Source: Terriglobia bacterium (GTDB taxonomy: Bacteria > Acidobacteriota > Terriglobia > 20CM-2-55-15). Taken from it: a DNA stretch of 64,000 bases. The position numbers and the translations under genes were made by a program. The notes beneath the pieces were generated by a model. The model was not told the origin of the DNA. It did not search any database and saw nothing but the letters and a program-made list of their open reading frames with translations. Positions 1 through 10,548 of this stretch are shown here, piece after piece; positions within the stretch are counted from its first letter, which is position 1; each line of letters starts with the position of its first letter. Where the stretch lies: assembly GCA_965198225.1 (NCBI GenBank), contig CBDAOY010000008.1, positions 1,088,001 to 1,152,000 on the forward strand, read 5' to 3'.

Positions 1-304
1 TCGCTGATAACCTTTCCGCTCACAAGACCAAGCGAGTCCGGCAATTCCTCACCGATCATCCCCACGTTCACATTCACTACACGCCGACCTACTCGTCCTG
101 GTTGAACCAAGTCGAACTCTGGTTTGCGAAGATCGAGCGGGATGTCATCGTCCGCGGCATCTTCACTTCCGTTAAAGATCTGGCTCGCAAGCTCATGCGA
201 TACGTTCGTCATTACAACAAACAACCTAAACCCATAAAGTGGACCTATCGGGACGCCTCCAAGCGAATTCTCCCGGACCCGATTTAACTGTTACAGGTCA
301 CTAG
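1..304 (+). mobile_element. IS630-family element, 3' part (transposase C-terminus to 287, right end 288-304)
   Basis: Frame reads ADNLSAHK..YTPTYSSWLNQVELWF, the IS630/Tc1 DDE motif; ends CTGTTACAGGTCACTAG. Confidence 0.9.
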
Positions 305-334
305 TATGCCAATCGATCTTTCGGAGCACTCCCA

Positions 335-636
335 TAGGTGCGGTCTGTAACCATCCTTAAACGGAGGTGTAGGGCCGGTCTATGACCGCACATTCTTCGA
401 GCCGAAACGATGTGCGCTCAGACAAGCTGTGAACGAATCTCATTTGTTGGAGAATCGCGTGGCGGGGCTTTTCACGAAGAACCTGCGATCCTCAAGTGTA
501 GGTGCGCTCTATGAGCGCACAAATGCCCGCGGAACCACAAGTTGTGCCGTCATAGACCGCAGCTACACGTGAAAAGTCCCGCCACCCGATTTTCCGTTCC
601 ATAATTCGTTCACAGCCTGATAGAGCGCTCCTACAC
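335..636. repeat. Cluster of GTAG-type REP palindromes
   Basis: GTGTAGGTGCG(G/C)TCTATGA(C/G)CGCAC-like units at ~367, 496, 544 (inverted) and a split unit at 411-422/620-636. Confidence 0.8.
423..619. mobile_element. MITE-like element nested in a REP
   Basis: Imperfect ~50 bp TIRs (CAAGCTGTGAACGAAT..GTGGCGGGGCTTTTCACG / CGTGAAAAGTCCCGCCAC..ATTCGTTCACAGCCTG) splitting a REP. Confidence 0.6.
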
Positions 637-688
637 TCGATCCGCAGTGAAAGGGTTCGTGAGAAACGAAAAGTTGTTCATGGGTTCG

Positions 689-3600
689 TCAGAACCTGAA
701 CTTCAGGCCGAGCTGTATCTGGCGTGGCGCAAAGGCCGATGTAAACCCGAGGAAGTCGGTCGGGCTGCGCCCCCGGTCTCCCTCGACGTCGAACGATGTC
801 AACGCCGATGCGCCGACGATGTTGTTGACACCCGAGAAATTGACGGTGTTGAACAGGTTGAACGCTTCGGCCACCGCCTCCAGTCGATATTCCCGACGTG
901 GAACCCTGAAGGTTTTGGCAACGCGCAGGTCGAAGCTCGTGAAGGCAGGTCCTCGCCCTGTGTTCCGTCCGGCAAACGGAGGCCGATCTGTGCTGGCGTT
1001 GGTGTCACGGTTGGCGTCAAAGCCGAGCAGCAGGTTGAACGGGTGGCCACTGGAAACGGTCAGGATCGGCGACACCGTCAGATCGGCCAGCGCCTTCCCC
1101 CATCCGAATCCCCGCTCAAAAGGTGAAAGCAGGACACCGCTGAGGACCAGGCGCTGACGTTGATCAAACGCAGACAACGAACGTTCCGACTTTAGATCCA
1201 GCTGGTTCGCCGGCTGAAGGTCGGTGATGAAGTCGACGGTGTCATCGATCGCCTTCGACAGCGTGTAGGACACCTGAAACTGGTGATAGTCGCTGAAGCG
1301 CTTCGAGATCGTTGCCGTCATGCCGTGGTAGATCGAGCTCCCGGACGACTCCACCTGGCTGTCCTGCAGGACCCGCGGGTTAATTGGCGCGAACGTCGGC
1401 CCGAAGGCGTTAGCGCCTGCGATCCGCAGGTTGGTGTTGCGCGACCGCAGCAACTTTGTGCCCTTGTTCAGAAGGTAGTTGACGCTACCGCTCAGGTGCG
1501 TTCCGAACTCCCTCTCGATCCCGAAACTGGCCTGCTGGCTGTAGGGATTCACCAGGTCGCGCGCCGAACGCAGCAGGATCGGTGGCGTGACCCCCGGCTG
1601 GATGCCGAGCGGCGCGACATCCGCCTGGGTGATCTGACGATTCCCGATGACGCCCGTGGCATCGAGGAGACCCCAGATGTGGGCCGATGTCGTGTTGATA
1701 CCCAGTTCCGGCAATCCCGTCAACGGGACGAAAACCTGTGAAATCTGCGTACCGTCGAGGACCTTCTCGATGAAAGCCACGGCCTGGTAGACGGGCGAGT
1801 AAAAAGCGCCATAGGCGCCCCGGACAACAGTCCCAGGCGCCACTTCGTACGCAAAACCGACTCGTGGCGCAACGTTGTTGGTGTCGCGGTGGAGTGGCTT
1901 CCCCTGTAGTTCCACGTCGTAGCGGAAGCCCAGGTTCAGCGTAAGCCGCGGCGTCACCCGGAACTTGTCCTGGATGTATCCGGAAATCAACTTGTTCGTG
2001 ATGTCGGCCTTCGGGTCGCCGAAGCCTTGCTGGTAGAGGAGCGGGAGCCCGAGGTTGAAGGCCTGCAGCGAGGTGATCGACTCCGACAGCGCCGGCACCA
2101 CGCTGGCTTGTCCGAGGGCCACGAGGGCAGCTCCAACACCGGCCGCGGTACCCGGACCGCCGACGTTGTCGACGAGCAGCCCGAGCGGTATACCTTCACC
2201 GAAAACGAAACGACCGCCGAAGAAGACTTCCGTTTCGGTTTCCAGGGGCAGGTACTGCACGTCGCCACCAAACTTGATCTCGTGAGCACCCTTCACCATC
2301 GTGAAGTTGTCCACCCACTGTGCGCGTTTTTCGTTCCGGATGGACGGCAGGAAGAAATCGCGACCGACAAGCGCCGTGCCGTTGATGCTGATCTCCGGAC
2401 CGGACGCATCGGCCGGGAGGGCGTTGAAATCTCTGTCGGCGTATTGAAACCGGAACTCGTTCACCAGATCCGAACTGAAGAAATGGGTGTCACCAAAAAC
2501 GAGCGACAGATCCTGAATCTGGAAGTTGGCACCTCGCGACGGTCCCTTCAGACCGCCGAAGGAACCACCCACTGTATCGATGTCGGTGAACGAGGCTCTT
2601 GCGAACGTCTGGTTGTCGTCCGACACACGGTGGTCGATCCTCACCGACGCGGTATTGTCGTTGTTGGTAAAGGGGAAGACGCCGCTGTTGCTCTCCAGCA
2701 GCCGTATCGTGTCCGGGTAGGCCGCCTGCGTCGTAGTCAGGGCGCCCTCTAAAGCGTTCCCGAGGAACTGCAACGAAGGATCCGGGATCGCCAACAGGGT
2801 CCCGACCAGAACGCGCTGCGAAGCAGTGGGCTCGAAGATGCTGGGGTCCTCCAGAAAGCTCGTGAAATTCGACTCGCGCTGGCGTAGCCCCTCGTAGGAC
2901 AGAAAGAAGAAGCTCTGATTCTCGACGATCGGCCCCCCGACGGCGAAGCCCGCCTGGAGCCGCGAAAAGGGGGGATCGATGTCGGTACCACGCGACCCGA
3001 ACGCAAACGGGTTGCGCGCATCCAACGCCTGGTTCCTGAGGAAGCCGAACACGGTGCCGCCGAGGGAGTTCGTTCCGGACCTGGACACGATGTTGATCAA
3101 TCCCCCCGACGCCCGGCCAAACTCGGCGGAATAATTCGATCGATTGATCTGGAATTCCTGTACCGCTTCCTGGCTGATCGTCGAACGGACCGCCGCCACC
3201 GCATTATCGTTGTTGTCCACGCCGTCGATGGTCACGCTGTTGGAACGACCTCCCTGCCCCGCAAAGGACAGACCGGACGTCGGTGTCTGAGGAAGCGAAA
3301 AGCTGACGAGGGCGTTCGAATCGGTCACCCCTGGGGTAAGCAGGGAGAAGTCCAGGAAGTCCCTCTTATTGATCGGCAGGTTGTCGATACGAAGCTGCGT
3401 GATCGTATCCGCCTGCTGGGTCTTTTCCGCTTCGACAGGCGAGGCCTCACCGATAACGATGATTTCCTGCTGTAAGGCCGCCGGCGTCAGTTCCGCGTCC
3501 ACCCGAGACGACTGGCCGATCAACACCTGGATTGGCCGGCGAGTTAAGAGGGCAAACCCCGGCAACTCGAACATCACTTCGTAATTCGCCGGCGGAAGCA

Positions 3601-3865
3601 ATAAGAGCCGGTAGGCTCCGAGCGCGTCGGTCACGGTCTGACGCGACAGACCCGTGTCGACATTAGTCGCCACCACAGCGACAGACGGCAGGACGGCGCC
3701 GCTGCGGTCCCGGACCGTGCCCTGGATGTTGCCCGAGGACATCTGGGCCTGCGCGTAGGCATCCCCGACAAGGATCAGGCCCACCAGAAGACTGCGGACG
3801 AAAGGCCCATGGATCCACCGCTCTCGCCGGTGCCGCTCACACGGTTCACGCTTCATGGAACGCAA
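689..3865 (-). CDS. TonB-dependent receptor (carboxypeptidase-regulatory N-domain, Oar-like)
   Basis: Signal peptide, GTVRDRSGAVLP domain, plug motif IDGVDNND/SAEFGRASGG, C-terminal PRQIQLGLKFRF. Confidence 0.92.
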   Translation of the reverse strand: MRSMKREPCERHRRERWIHGPFVRSLLVGLILVGDAYAQAQMSSGNIQGTVRDRSGAVLPSVAVVATNVDTGLSRQTVTDALGAYRLLLLPPANYEVMFELPGFALLTRRPIQVLIGQSSRVDAELTPAALQQEIIVIGEASPVEAEKTQQADTITQLRIDNLPINKRDFLDFSLLTPGVTDSNALVSFSLPQTPTSGLSFAGQGGRSNSVTIDGVDNNDNAVAAVRSTISQEAVQEFQINRSNYSAEFGRASGGLINIVSRSGTNSLGGTVFGFLRNQALDARNPFAFGSRGTDIDPPFSRLQAGFAVGGPIVENQSFFFLSYEGLRQRESNFTSFLEDPSIFEPTASQRVLVGTLLAIPDPSLQFLGNALEGALTTTQAAYPDTIRLLESNSGVFPFTNNDNTASVRIDHRVSDDNQTFARASFTDIDTVGGSFGGLKGPSRGANFQIQDLSLVFGDTHFFSSDLVNEFRFQYADRDFNALPADASGPEISINGTALVGRDFFLPSIRNEKRAQWVDNFTMVKGAHEIKFGGDVQYLPLETETEVFFGGRFVFGEGIPLGLLVDNVGGPGTAAGVGAALVALGQASVVPALSESITSLQAFNLGLPLLYQQGFGDPKADITNKLISGYIQDKFRVTPRLTLNLGFRYDVELQGKPLHRDTNNVAPRVGFAYEVAPGTVVRGAYGAFYSPVYQAVAFIEKVLDGTQISQVFVPLTGLPELGINTTSAHIWGLLDATGVIGNRQITQADVAPLGIQPGVTPPILLRSARDLVNPYSQQASFGIEREFGTHLSGSVNYLLNKGTKLLRSRNTNLRIAGANAFGPTFAPINPRVLQDSQVESSGSSIYHGMTATISKRFSDYHQFQVSYTLSKAIDDTVDFITDLQPANQLDLKSERSLSAFDQRQRLVLSGVLLSPFERGFGWGKALADLTVSPILTVSSGHPFNLLLGFDANRDTNASTDRPPFAGRNTGRGPAFTSFDLRVAKTFRVPRREYRLEAVAEAFNLFNTVNFSGVNNIVGASALTSFDVEGDRGRSPTDFLGFTSAFAPRQIQLGLKFRF

Positions 3866-3891
3866 TGCTCTCGGTCGCCTTCGTCAATTCT

Positions 3892-4866
3892 TCAAGATCC
3901 GTTCTTGGGGTCGCCGTTGCCTTCGCTCTTCAGACTCTCGTACTCTTCGAGGAGACCCTCCAGGTGCGAGCGTTCCTCGCGGGCGAACTCGCGAAAGACC
4001 TTGCGCCCTCGCGGGTCTTCCAACTGCCGGGCAAAGTTGTTGAAAAAATGGTGCGACCTTCGCTCCAGGTCGATCGCGATACTGAGGGCTTCCAGATGTG
4101 TGGTCTCGTCGGAAACTTCCACCTGGAGGAGCTTCCTCTGAGGGAAGATCTCGTCTGCAATCTTTCTGCTCGCGGGAAGCCTTGACGGCTCCCGGCGCAG
4201 CCACGCGTTTTCCTCGATCAACGCCTTGTACTCCCCCTGCAGACGTTCCAGGTGCTCCGACTCCTCTTCGGCCAGCTGCCGGAACATCCGCCGGCCGGAG
4301 GTGTCCTTGGTCTTCTTCGATGCATTCGTGTAGAAACTGTACCCTCGCCGCTCGACGGCAAGGGTCAGCTCGAGAGCGTCGCGGGCCAGTATCTTCTGCT
4401 GCCTCTGGCGTTCGGTGAGGCCCGCCTGCCTGGCTTCCTTCTTCGCACAACTTCGGCACAACCCGTAGATCGCGTACCGACTGTAGCGTTCCTCGAATCG
4501 ATGTTCTTCGGTGACCGATTTGATCAACCGCTCTATTTTCGGCGAAGAAAACTCTTCGGTCTTGCCGCACTTGTTGCAGACGAAATGAATGTGGTTCGGT
4601 TCGTCGATGAGCGCTTCATAGAGTGTCGTGTTGTCGCTCTTCGACTGACGAACCATACCCGAGTCGAGCAGGAGCTTCAGCGTCCGGTACACGGTGGACA
4701 GGCCCACCCGGTGTCCACGCTCGAGTAGACGCTCCCGGATCTCCTCGACCGTGGGGTGTCCCTCCAGATCGAGCAGTGTCTCCCACACCAGTGTCCGCTG
4801 AGAAGTCTTCTTGAGTTGTTTCTCAGCCAGAAAGTCCTGAAACCGCTTCTTCTGCTTCATCGGCAC
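3892..4866 (-). CDS. Fur-family regulator fused to rubrerythrin/ferritin-like di-iron domain
   Basis: HPTVEEI, STVYRTLKLL, HIHFVCNKCG and CRSC, then two E..EExxH units (EEESEH, REERSH). Confidence 0.85.
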   Translation of the reverse strand: MPMKQKKRFQDFLAEKQLKKTSQRTLVWETLLDLEGHPTVEEIRERLLERGHRVGLSTVYRTLKLLLDSGMVRQSKSDNTTLYEALIDEPNHIHFVCNKCGKTEEFSSPKIERLIKSVTEEHRFEERYSRYAIYGLCRSCAKKEARQAGLTERQRQQKILARDALELTLAVERRGYSFYTNASKKTKDTSGRRMFRQLAEEESEHLERLQGEYKALIEENAWLRREPSRLPASRKIADEIFPQRKLLQVEVSDETTHLEALSIAIDLERRSHHFFNNFARQLEDPRGRKVFREFAREERSHLEGLLEEYESLKSEGNGDPKNGS

Positions 4867-5033
4867 CCGAATTATAAGGTACGGTGGACCAAGATCGAAG
4901 GAATCAAGGGAGGAGACACGAGTGCGCCGCGGAAGCCCGAATCGAGAAGGCTGCGGGCTGTAGGCCAGCTTACTTTCCAGTGTGACGATTATGGTATAGT
5001 CTTTTGTTTACAAATCCTTGTGAGGGATACGAA

Positions 5034-5594
5034 ATGAAGAGACTTCTGTTCCTGAGTGTTCTTTCGCTTGCGCTGGTCGCCTGCGGGGCAGGCGAACCCG
5101 TCGCCGGGACCGACCCCACGGGGGCGGCGGTCGCCGAGCCGGAACCCGAACTGAGGGGCGCACCCGAATTCGATCTCGCTTCTTTTGCCGGCGGCACGAT
5201 CAATTCGGAGGACCTCAAGGGCAAGGTCCTGGTGGTCGACTTCTGGGCGACCTGGTGTAAACCCTGTATCGACGAAATCCCCAACTTCAACGCTCTCGAC
5301 GCCGAACAGAGCGACGACAGGGTCGTCATGCTGGGAATCACGGTCGAATCGGGGTCCTACGACGACGTTGAACCCTATATCACCGAGCTTGGTATCCAGT
5401 ATCCAGTCGTCATGGGAAACGAGGACGTGGTTACCGGTTTCGGTGGGCTGATTGGGTTTCCGACGACGTTCGTCGTAAGCCCGGACTGGAAGGTCTACCA
5501 GCGGTACCTCGGGATGAAACCGGACAAGAAGGAGCGGATCGAGCAGGACATCCTCGATCTGATCGGCCCCCCGACGACTGAAACCATTTCGTAG
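5034..5594 (+). CDS. TlpA/ResA-like thiol-disulfide oxidoreductase lipoprotein
   Basis: Lipobox LVAC, FWATWCKPC, GFPTTF. Confidence 0.9.
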   Translation: MKRLLFLSVLSLALVACGAGEPVAGTDPTGAAVAEPEPELRGAPEFDLASFAGGTINSEDLKGKVLVVDFWATWCKPCIDEIPNFNALDAEQSDDRVVMLGITVESGSYDDVEPYITELGIQYPVVMGNEDVVTGFGGLIGFPTTFVVSPDWKVYQRYLGMKPDKKERIEQDILDLIGPPTTETIS

Positions 5595-5619
5595 TTCAGG
5601 CACCACGGAGATCCTGGAG

Positions 5620-5649
5620 AGGCGGCGCCGGCGCGCCGCCTTTTTCTTT
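5620..5649 (+). terminator. Rho-independent terminator (intron target)
   Basis: AGGCGGCGC-CGGC-GCGCCGCCT followed by TTTTCTTT. Confidence 0.85.
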
Positions 5650-5650
5650 G

Positions 5651-7696
5651 GTGCGCCAGGCATGGCGCGCAGCGCCATGAATTGGCGCTGGATAACCGGG
5701 GAGCGAAAGCGAACCGGGAAGTGACTAGGAGGTGAGAGTCCTCTGGGGGCCTTGATGACAGGAACCCTTAGCCGATGTGGCAACTGCGTCCGAGCAATCG
5801 GGGGTGGGAAGGAAGCCATAGGCAAAACTCTGGCCCGAGGCACACGAACCGCATAAGAGGCAGGCGTCAGGTGGGCGAAGAGGCCAACAGATCGGAAGCC
5901 CAATGTCATCCGGACCGGGCGTTTGTAGATGCGGCGGGTAGATGGAGTGAAAGTCACGTGCCTTACCCTGGGAGATCCGTTGTCTTGCTGGGAACAGCTA
6001 GAGTCGTCGAGAGGCGGCGCGATGGGGCGGCGGAAGTCAGCCACGGTCATAGTAGCCCGGCGGAGCCGGGGTGAAGGACCACACATGGAGAAGAGACCGA
6101 CACGGAGCGTTCGATGCGAAACGGAGACGCAGACAAGAGGGCTGAGAAGCCGGAACCGAACCGGAAGGATAGCGGCGGAACCGTGACAGATACGGATGAG
6201 GGGCGTCAAACTCGCACGGCACGTCACGAGCAAGTCGGGATCGAGGAGGGAATGCTACTGGAGAAGGTGCTGGAACGGAATCGGGATCGAGGAGGGAATG
6301 CTGACTGGAGAAGGTGCTGGAACGGGAAAACGTTCTGGCCGCATACCGACGCGTCGGGAAAACGTTCTGGCCGCATACCGACGCGTCAAGGCCAATAGCG
6401 GGGCGGCGGGAATCGACGGGATGACCGTTGAGGACCTGATGCCGCACTGTCAGATGCACTGGACGCGAGTCCGTCAAGAACTGCTCGACGAGACGTACCG
6501 CCCCCAACCGGTGAGGAAAGTCGATATTCTGAAACCGGACGGAGGGATACGGACGCTGGGCATTCCGACCGTGATGGACCGGATGATTCAACAGGCTCTG
6601 CTTCAGGTTCTCCAACCCCTATGGGATCGGACGTTCTCGGAAGATAGCTACGGCTACCGACCGGGACGAAGCGCCCAAAAGGCGGTGGTGCGTGCTCGGG
6701 AACACATTCGAGCCGGACATCGCTGGGTGGTGGACCTGGACATCGAGAAGTTCTTTGATCGCGTCAACCATGACGTGCTGATGGCACGCGTGGCGCGACG
6801 AATCAAAGACAAACGGGTGCTTCGATTGATTCGGCGCTATCTACAGGCCGGACTGATGGAGGGCGGGCTGGTGTCGCCCCGGGCAGAAGGGACGCCGCAA
6901 GGCGGCCCCCTCTCGCCTCTGCTGTCGAACCTGTTGCTGGATGAACTGGATCGGGAGTTGGGGAAACGTGGGCACCGCTTCGTTCGTTATGCCGACGATG
7001 TGAATGTGTACATTCGCTCCGAGGCAGCGGGTCAGCGGGTCATGGCATCGCTGGAATGTTTTCTGGACAGGAGACTCCGGCTGAAGGTGAACCGGGCCAA
7101 AAGCGCCGTGGCGCGGCCGTGGAAGCGAAAGTTCCTCGGGTACAGTTTCACGGCGCATCGCGAGGCCAAACTGAAGGTTTCGGATTCGTCGTTAAAACGA
7201 CTGAAAATGAGACTTCGGGAGATCACGCGAGCCGGGCGAGGCCGAAGCCTCGCTCGCACGATCGGAACACTCATTCCCATCATTCGGGGTTGGGTGGCTT
7301 ACTATCGCTTGGCGGAGGTTCGAGGCAGCTTCGAGCGACTGGATCAGTGGTTGCGCCGTCGATCTTGTGGCAGCAGTGGAAGCGGAACCGAACACGATTC
7401 CGGGAACTCACTCGACGCGGTATTGCGACCGCTCGGGCTCGGACCTCGGTTTCCAACGGGCGCGGGCCTTGGTGGAATGCGGGCGCCAGCCATATGAATC
7501 AGGCTGTCCCCGCCTCTGCCTTCCGTCGCCTGGGTTTGCAATCCTTCTCCGAGGTGCATTCCCGACTTCAATCTTTATGAACCGCCGTATACGGAACCGT
7601 ACGTACGGTGGGTGGGAGGCGGGGTGTGGCGAACAGGCGGTCATAGCGCACCTACACGGGAATCAATCAGCGGTGTAGGTGCCGACCGCACCCGAT
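5651..7696 (+). mobile_element. Class C group II intron
   Basis: 5' GTGCG directly after a terminator; RT ORF; short domain V GAACCGCCGTATACGGAACCGTACGTACGGTGG at ~7579; candidate 3' end ACCCGAT at 7690-7696. Confidence 0.88.
6252..7580 (+). CDS. ltrA: Group II intron reverse transcriptase/maturase, no endonuclease domain (apparent frameshifts)
   Basis: MLLEKVLER start, KPDGGIRTLGIP, GTPQGGPLSPLL, RYADD; duplications at 6235-6387 and a shift near 7360. Confidence 0.88.
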
Positions 7697-7780
7697 GCGA
7701 ACACCTGTGCGGTCATAGACCGCACCTACACGGGAATCAACATTTCGGTGCGGTGTAGGTGCGGTCTATGACCGCACATC
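7628..7780. repeat. REP cluster (one intact pair plus a degraded copy)
   Basis: GTGCGGTCATAGACCGCACCTACAC and GTGTAGGTGCGGTCTATGACCGCAC. Confidence 0.8.
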
Positions 7781-7786
7781 CCTTCG

Positions 7787-8596
7787 CTACAACGGAAGGC
7801 TTACGGAAAAGAGCAGGAACTTCGAAAAGAACTCGCCGAACAGGAGAGTGACGACGGCCAGGTAGAGCAGTCCCGTTGCGGCCTGGGTGTGGCGGAGCTT
7901 GAGCGTGCTCCAGATCATGACGCCCAGCACTATCGGAGCGACCACGCCGAACAGCAAGCGTGGCCAGAAGAACAGGGCCTGGCGAACGAACAACTCGGAG
8001 GCGACATTAGAGAACGGAATCGCCTGGACAGCGTTCAACACCACCAAAGTCAGCGCGATCGTCAGCACGCGGAAAGCGATCGTCCCCATGTAAACCTTCG
8101 TCAGGAGCCGGATCGGATCGATCGACAGTTTCGGTACCACCAGGTACCAGTGCCCGAAGACCATCGTCAGCATTACCGAACCCAGCAGCGCGGTCGCGCC
8201 CAGATGGTTGATCGCCAACACCCATCGCTCCCACCCGCCCAACTCCATCAGCGGGACGAAGGCGAGGGAATCCAGGACGATCGCGATTGTCCCGGCCGTC
8301 GTTGCCGCAACCAGCAACACCAGCGCGGGGCCGTACTTATCGATGTGAACCGTTCGATTGTAGAGACCCGCCAGCAGGGTCGCCACGAGCAGGAAGACGA
8401 CCGGAAGCTGACCCTCGCGGACCGGAGACGGAAAGAGAAAGTCGAAGCCCAGGGTGGTCGCCATCAACACGGCTGCGGTCGAGCTGCTGAACTTGAAGAA
8501 ACTCTTGCCGATCGTGCGGGGCGAGATGAACAGCAGGGTCCACAACATGCCGACGCCCAACTGCGAGAATAGAAAGAAAAAAGTCGAGGAAATCAT
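7787..8596 (-). CDS. Polytopic membrane protein (DmsC/NrfD-like anchor?)
   Basis: About 8 hydrophobic segments; GHWYL and TQAATGLLY motifs. Confidence 0.6.
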   Translation of the reverse strand: MISSTFFFLFSQLGVGMLWTLLFISPRTIGKSFFKFSSSTAAVLMATTLGFDFLFPSPVREGQLPVVFLLVATLLAGLYNRTVHIDKYGPALVLLVAATTAGTIAIVLDSLAFVPLMELGGWERWVLAINHLGATALLGSVMLTMVFGHWYLVVPKLSIDPIRLLTKVYMGTIAFRVLTIALTLVVLNAVQAIPFSNVASELFVRQALFFWPRLLFGVVAPIVLGVMIWSTLKLRHTQAATGLLYLAVVTLLFGEFFSKFLLFSVSLPL

Positions 8597-8680
8597 GGTT
8601 CGATCAGACGATTGCGGCTCGCCTCAGTACAGGTTTTCGCCCATTGACCCAAACGAAGAATATAGCATCGATGGGTTGGT

Positions 8681-9934
8681 TCACCCTTCGGACGCGATAC
8701 CGAGATACTCCTCGGCCGCGGCGCGGGCCCGTTCGATGCGGTCCCACGCCGAGCGATCGATCAGGACCAGGAATCTCCACAGGGCCCGATGCTTTTCCTT
8801 GAGAATGCGGATCTCACTGTTGCTGCTACCCGACAGCGGCTGGATCCTACCGCCTTCCATGCGGGCCGGTACCTCCGCTTCGGGCAGCGACATCCCGATC
8901 GACGGGCAGTAGACGATCACCTGGTGGGCGGCGAGACCCGCCCTCTCGGCGATCGTACGCTCCGCGACTTCCCTCTCGGAGGCGCCGTAGTGATACCGAT
9001 CCACGAGCTCCTTTTGCCGGGCCTCCCCCACGGCGAGCGTCGCCAGAAAGCATGGCTTGTAGAGCTGTCGCGATTCCAACCGATCGAGGATGTGCCGTAT
9101 CGCCGGGTGGTCGGGAAACCGTTGTCGTAAGGTCCAGATCAGTGTGTCGTCCCTGAGGATTCTCAGCTCCGAGGGATCGAAGCCCGATCCCAGTGCCAGC
9201 TCGACGGTCTTGGAGATCATCGCCCCCGACGATAGCTTGGTGTGGTGGAAGTAGACCCTCTCGGAGAGCGTGTAGCGGATCCGGAGCAGGTTGACCAGCT
9301 CAGATAACGCATCCCGTCGCAACATGCCGTGTTTCTCCAGATTCATCACCAGCCGGCCGTTCGCTGCCGAAAAGGACTGATAGATCCGGTTGTCGTAGTG
9401 CTGTGAGAGACCGCAAAAATAGGTGTCTCGACGGATGTAGTCCAGCAAATCGGCGCTGATCGCCCCACCGACGATGTCGGAGCGGAGGTCCCCTCCCGCA
9501 GTCAGGATCGAAACCACCTCGTCGCGAATACCGAGCCTCTTCAAGATGGACCCAACCGCCGAGTCTTCCAGAAAGTAGCGCAGTCGCCCCTCATCCTCGT
9601 CGTGACGCGGCAGGACCCGGCGCTCATCTTCCAATGTGTGGCCGAACGGAATGTGTGTGATGTCGTGCAGCAGGGCGGCCACACGGATCACGGTCTCGTC
9701 GTCGTCGGAGACTGTCGCAGTCCGCCGGATCGCGTCGACAAACAGGTGGGCGACCCAGGAGGTGCCAAGCGAATGCTCGAACCGCGTGTGCGTGGCCGAC
9801 GGGTACACCAGGTATGCCGTCCCCAGCTGCTTGATCCCACGTAGGCGTTGGAACTCCGGAGTGTCGATCAATTCCATTTCCAGGGGGCCGAGCTCGATAT
9901 CCCCATGGACGGCGTCGCGCAACAGTTTGGCCAT
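8681..9934 (-). CDS. HD-domain phosphohydrolase (SAMHD1/dNTPase-like)
   Basis: FQRLRGIKQLG, HTRFEHSLG, ALLHDI, DLLDYIRRD, VYFH. Confidence 0.9.
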   Translation of the reverse strand: MAKLLRDAVHGDIELGPLEMELIDTPEFQRLRGIKQLGTAYLVYPSATHTRFEHSLGTSWVAHLFVDAIRRTATVSDDDETVIRVAALLHDITHIPFGHTLEDERRVLPRHDEDEGRLRYFLEDSAVGSILKRLGIRDEVVSILTAGGDLRSDIVGGAISADLLDYIRRDTYFCGLSQHYDNRIYQSFSAANGRLVMNLEKHGMLRRDALSELVNLLRIRYTLSERVYFHHTKLSSGAMISKTVELALGSGFDPSELRILRDDTLIWTLRQRFPDHPAIRHILDRLESRQLYKPCFLATLAVGEARQKELVDRYHYGASEREVAERTIAERAGLAAHQVIVYCPSIGMSLPEAEVPARMEGGRIQPLSGSSNSEIRILKEKHRALWRFLVLIDRSAWDRIERARAAAEEYLGIASEG

Positions 9935-10078
9935 AGCGAGCGATTATGCCGCATCTCGCCTGTCGTTGCGCAGCGCGTGGGAAACGGAGGTTACAACTTA
10001 TTGCAAGAGCGAGTCAGGAGTCCGACCGGGCTGGAAGGTGCAAACAAGCTATAATGCCTCGGCAACAGGAGGTTCATC

Positions 10079-10522
10079 TTGAAAACTGTTTCTTTATTGA
10101 TTGTCATTTCTTTCCTGGCCGTCTCCTGCGGTGAAGCGACGGAGCCCGAGCCCGCGGCAACGCCGGAGCCTGCCGCAGAGCCGGCGCCGGCGGTCCCGAC
10201 CGGAACTCAGGAAGATCCGTTCGTCGGCCAGGGAGTCGTCCGGGGGATTGGCGACGACGGCGCGCTGACGATCGAACACGGCGAAATCCCCGGGTTCATG
10301 GCCGCGATGACGATGTCCTTTCCGGTGGCGGACGAAGCGCTTCTCGAGTCGGTTGCGGTCGATGATGAAATCACGTTCCGCATCGAACTTCTAACCGACG
10401 GGTATCACATCTTCGCCATCGAGAAGTCCGACGGCGAAGGATCCGAAGAGGAACACGGCGAAGAGGGAGAAGAAGAGGGCCACGACGACGATTCCGAGTC
10501 CGAAGAGGGAACCACGGGCTAA
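10079..10522 (+). CDS. CusF-like copper-binding lipoprotein
   Basis: Lipobox, TIEHGEIPGFMAAMTMSF, acidic His-containing tail. Confidence 0.8.
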   Translation: MKTVSLLIVISFLAVSCGEATEPEPAATPEPAAEPAPAVPTGTQEDPFVGQGVVRGIGDDGALTIEHGEIPGFMAAMTMSFPVADEALLESVAVDDEITFRIELLTDGYHIFAIEKSDGEGSEEEHGEEGEEEGHDDDSESEEGTTG

Positions 10523-10548
10523 AGCGTTCCGATCGTGCCGGGGGTCTA

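Noticed and set aside
4989-6233. 414 aa minus-strand ORF
   Set aside because: Antisense shadow of TlpA and the intron RNA
6196-7580. Retron, DGR or defence RT
   Set aside because: Intron 5' GTGCG, domain V and maturase region identify a group II intron RT
7628-7780. CRISPR array
   Set aside because: Repeats alternate in orientation, are palindromic REPs found elsewhere, and no cas genes are present
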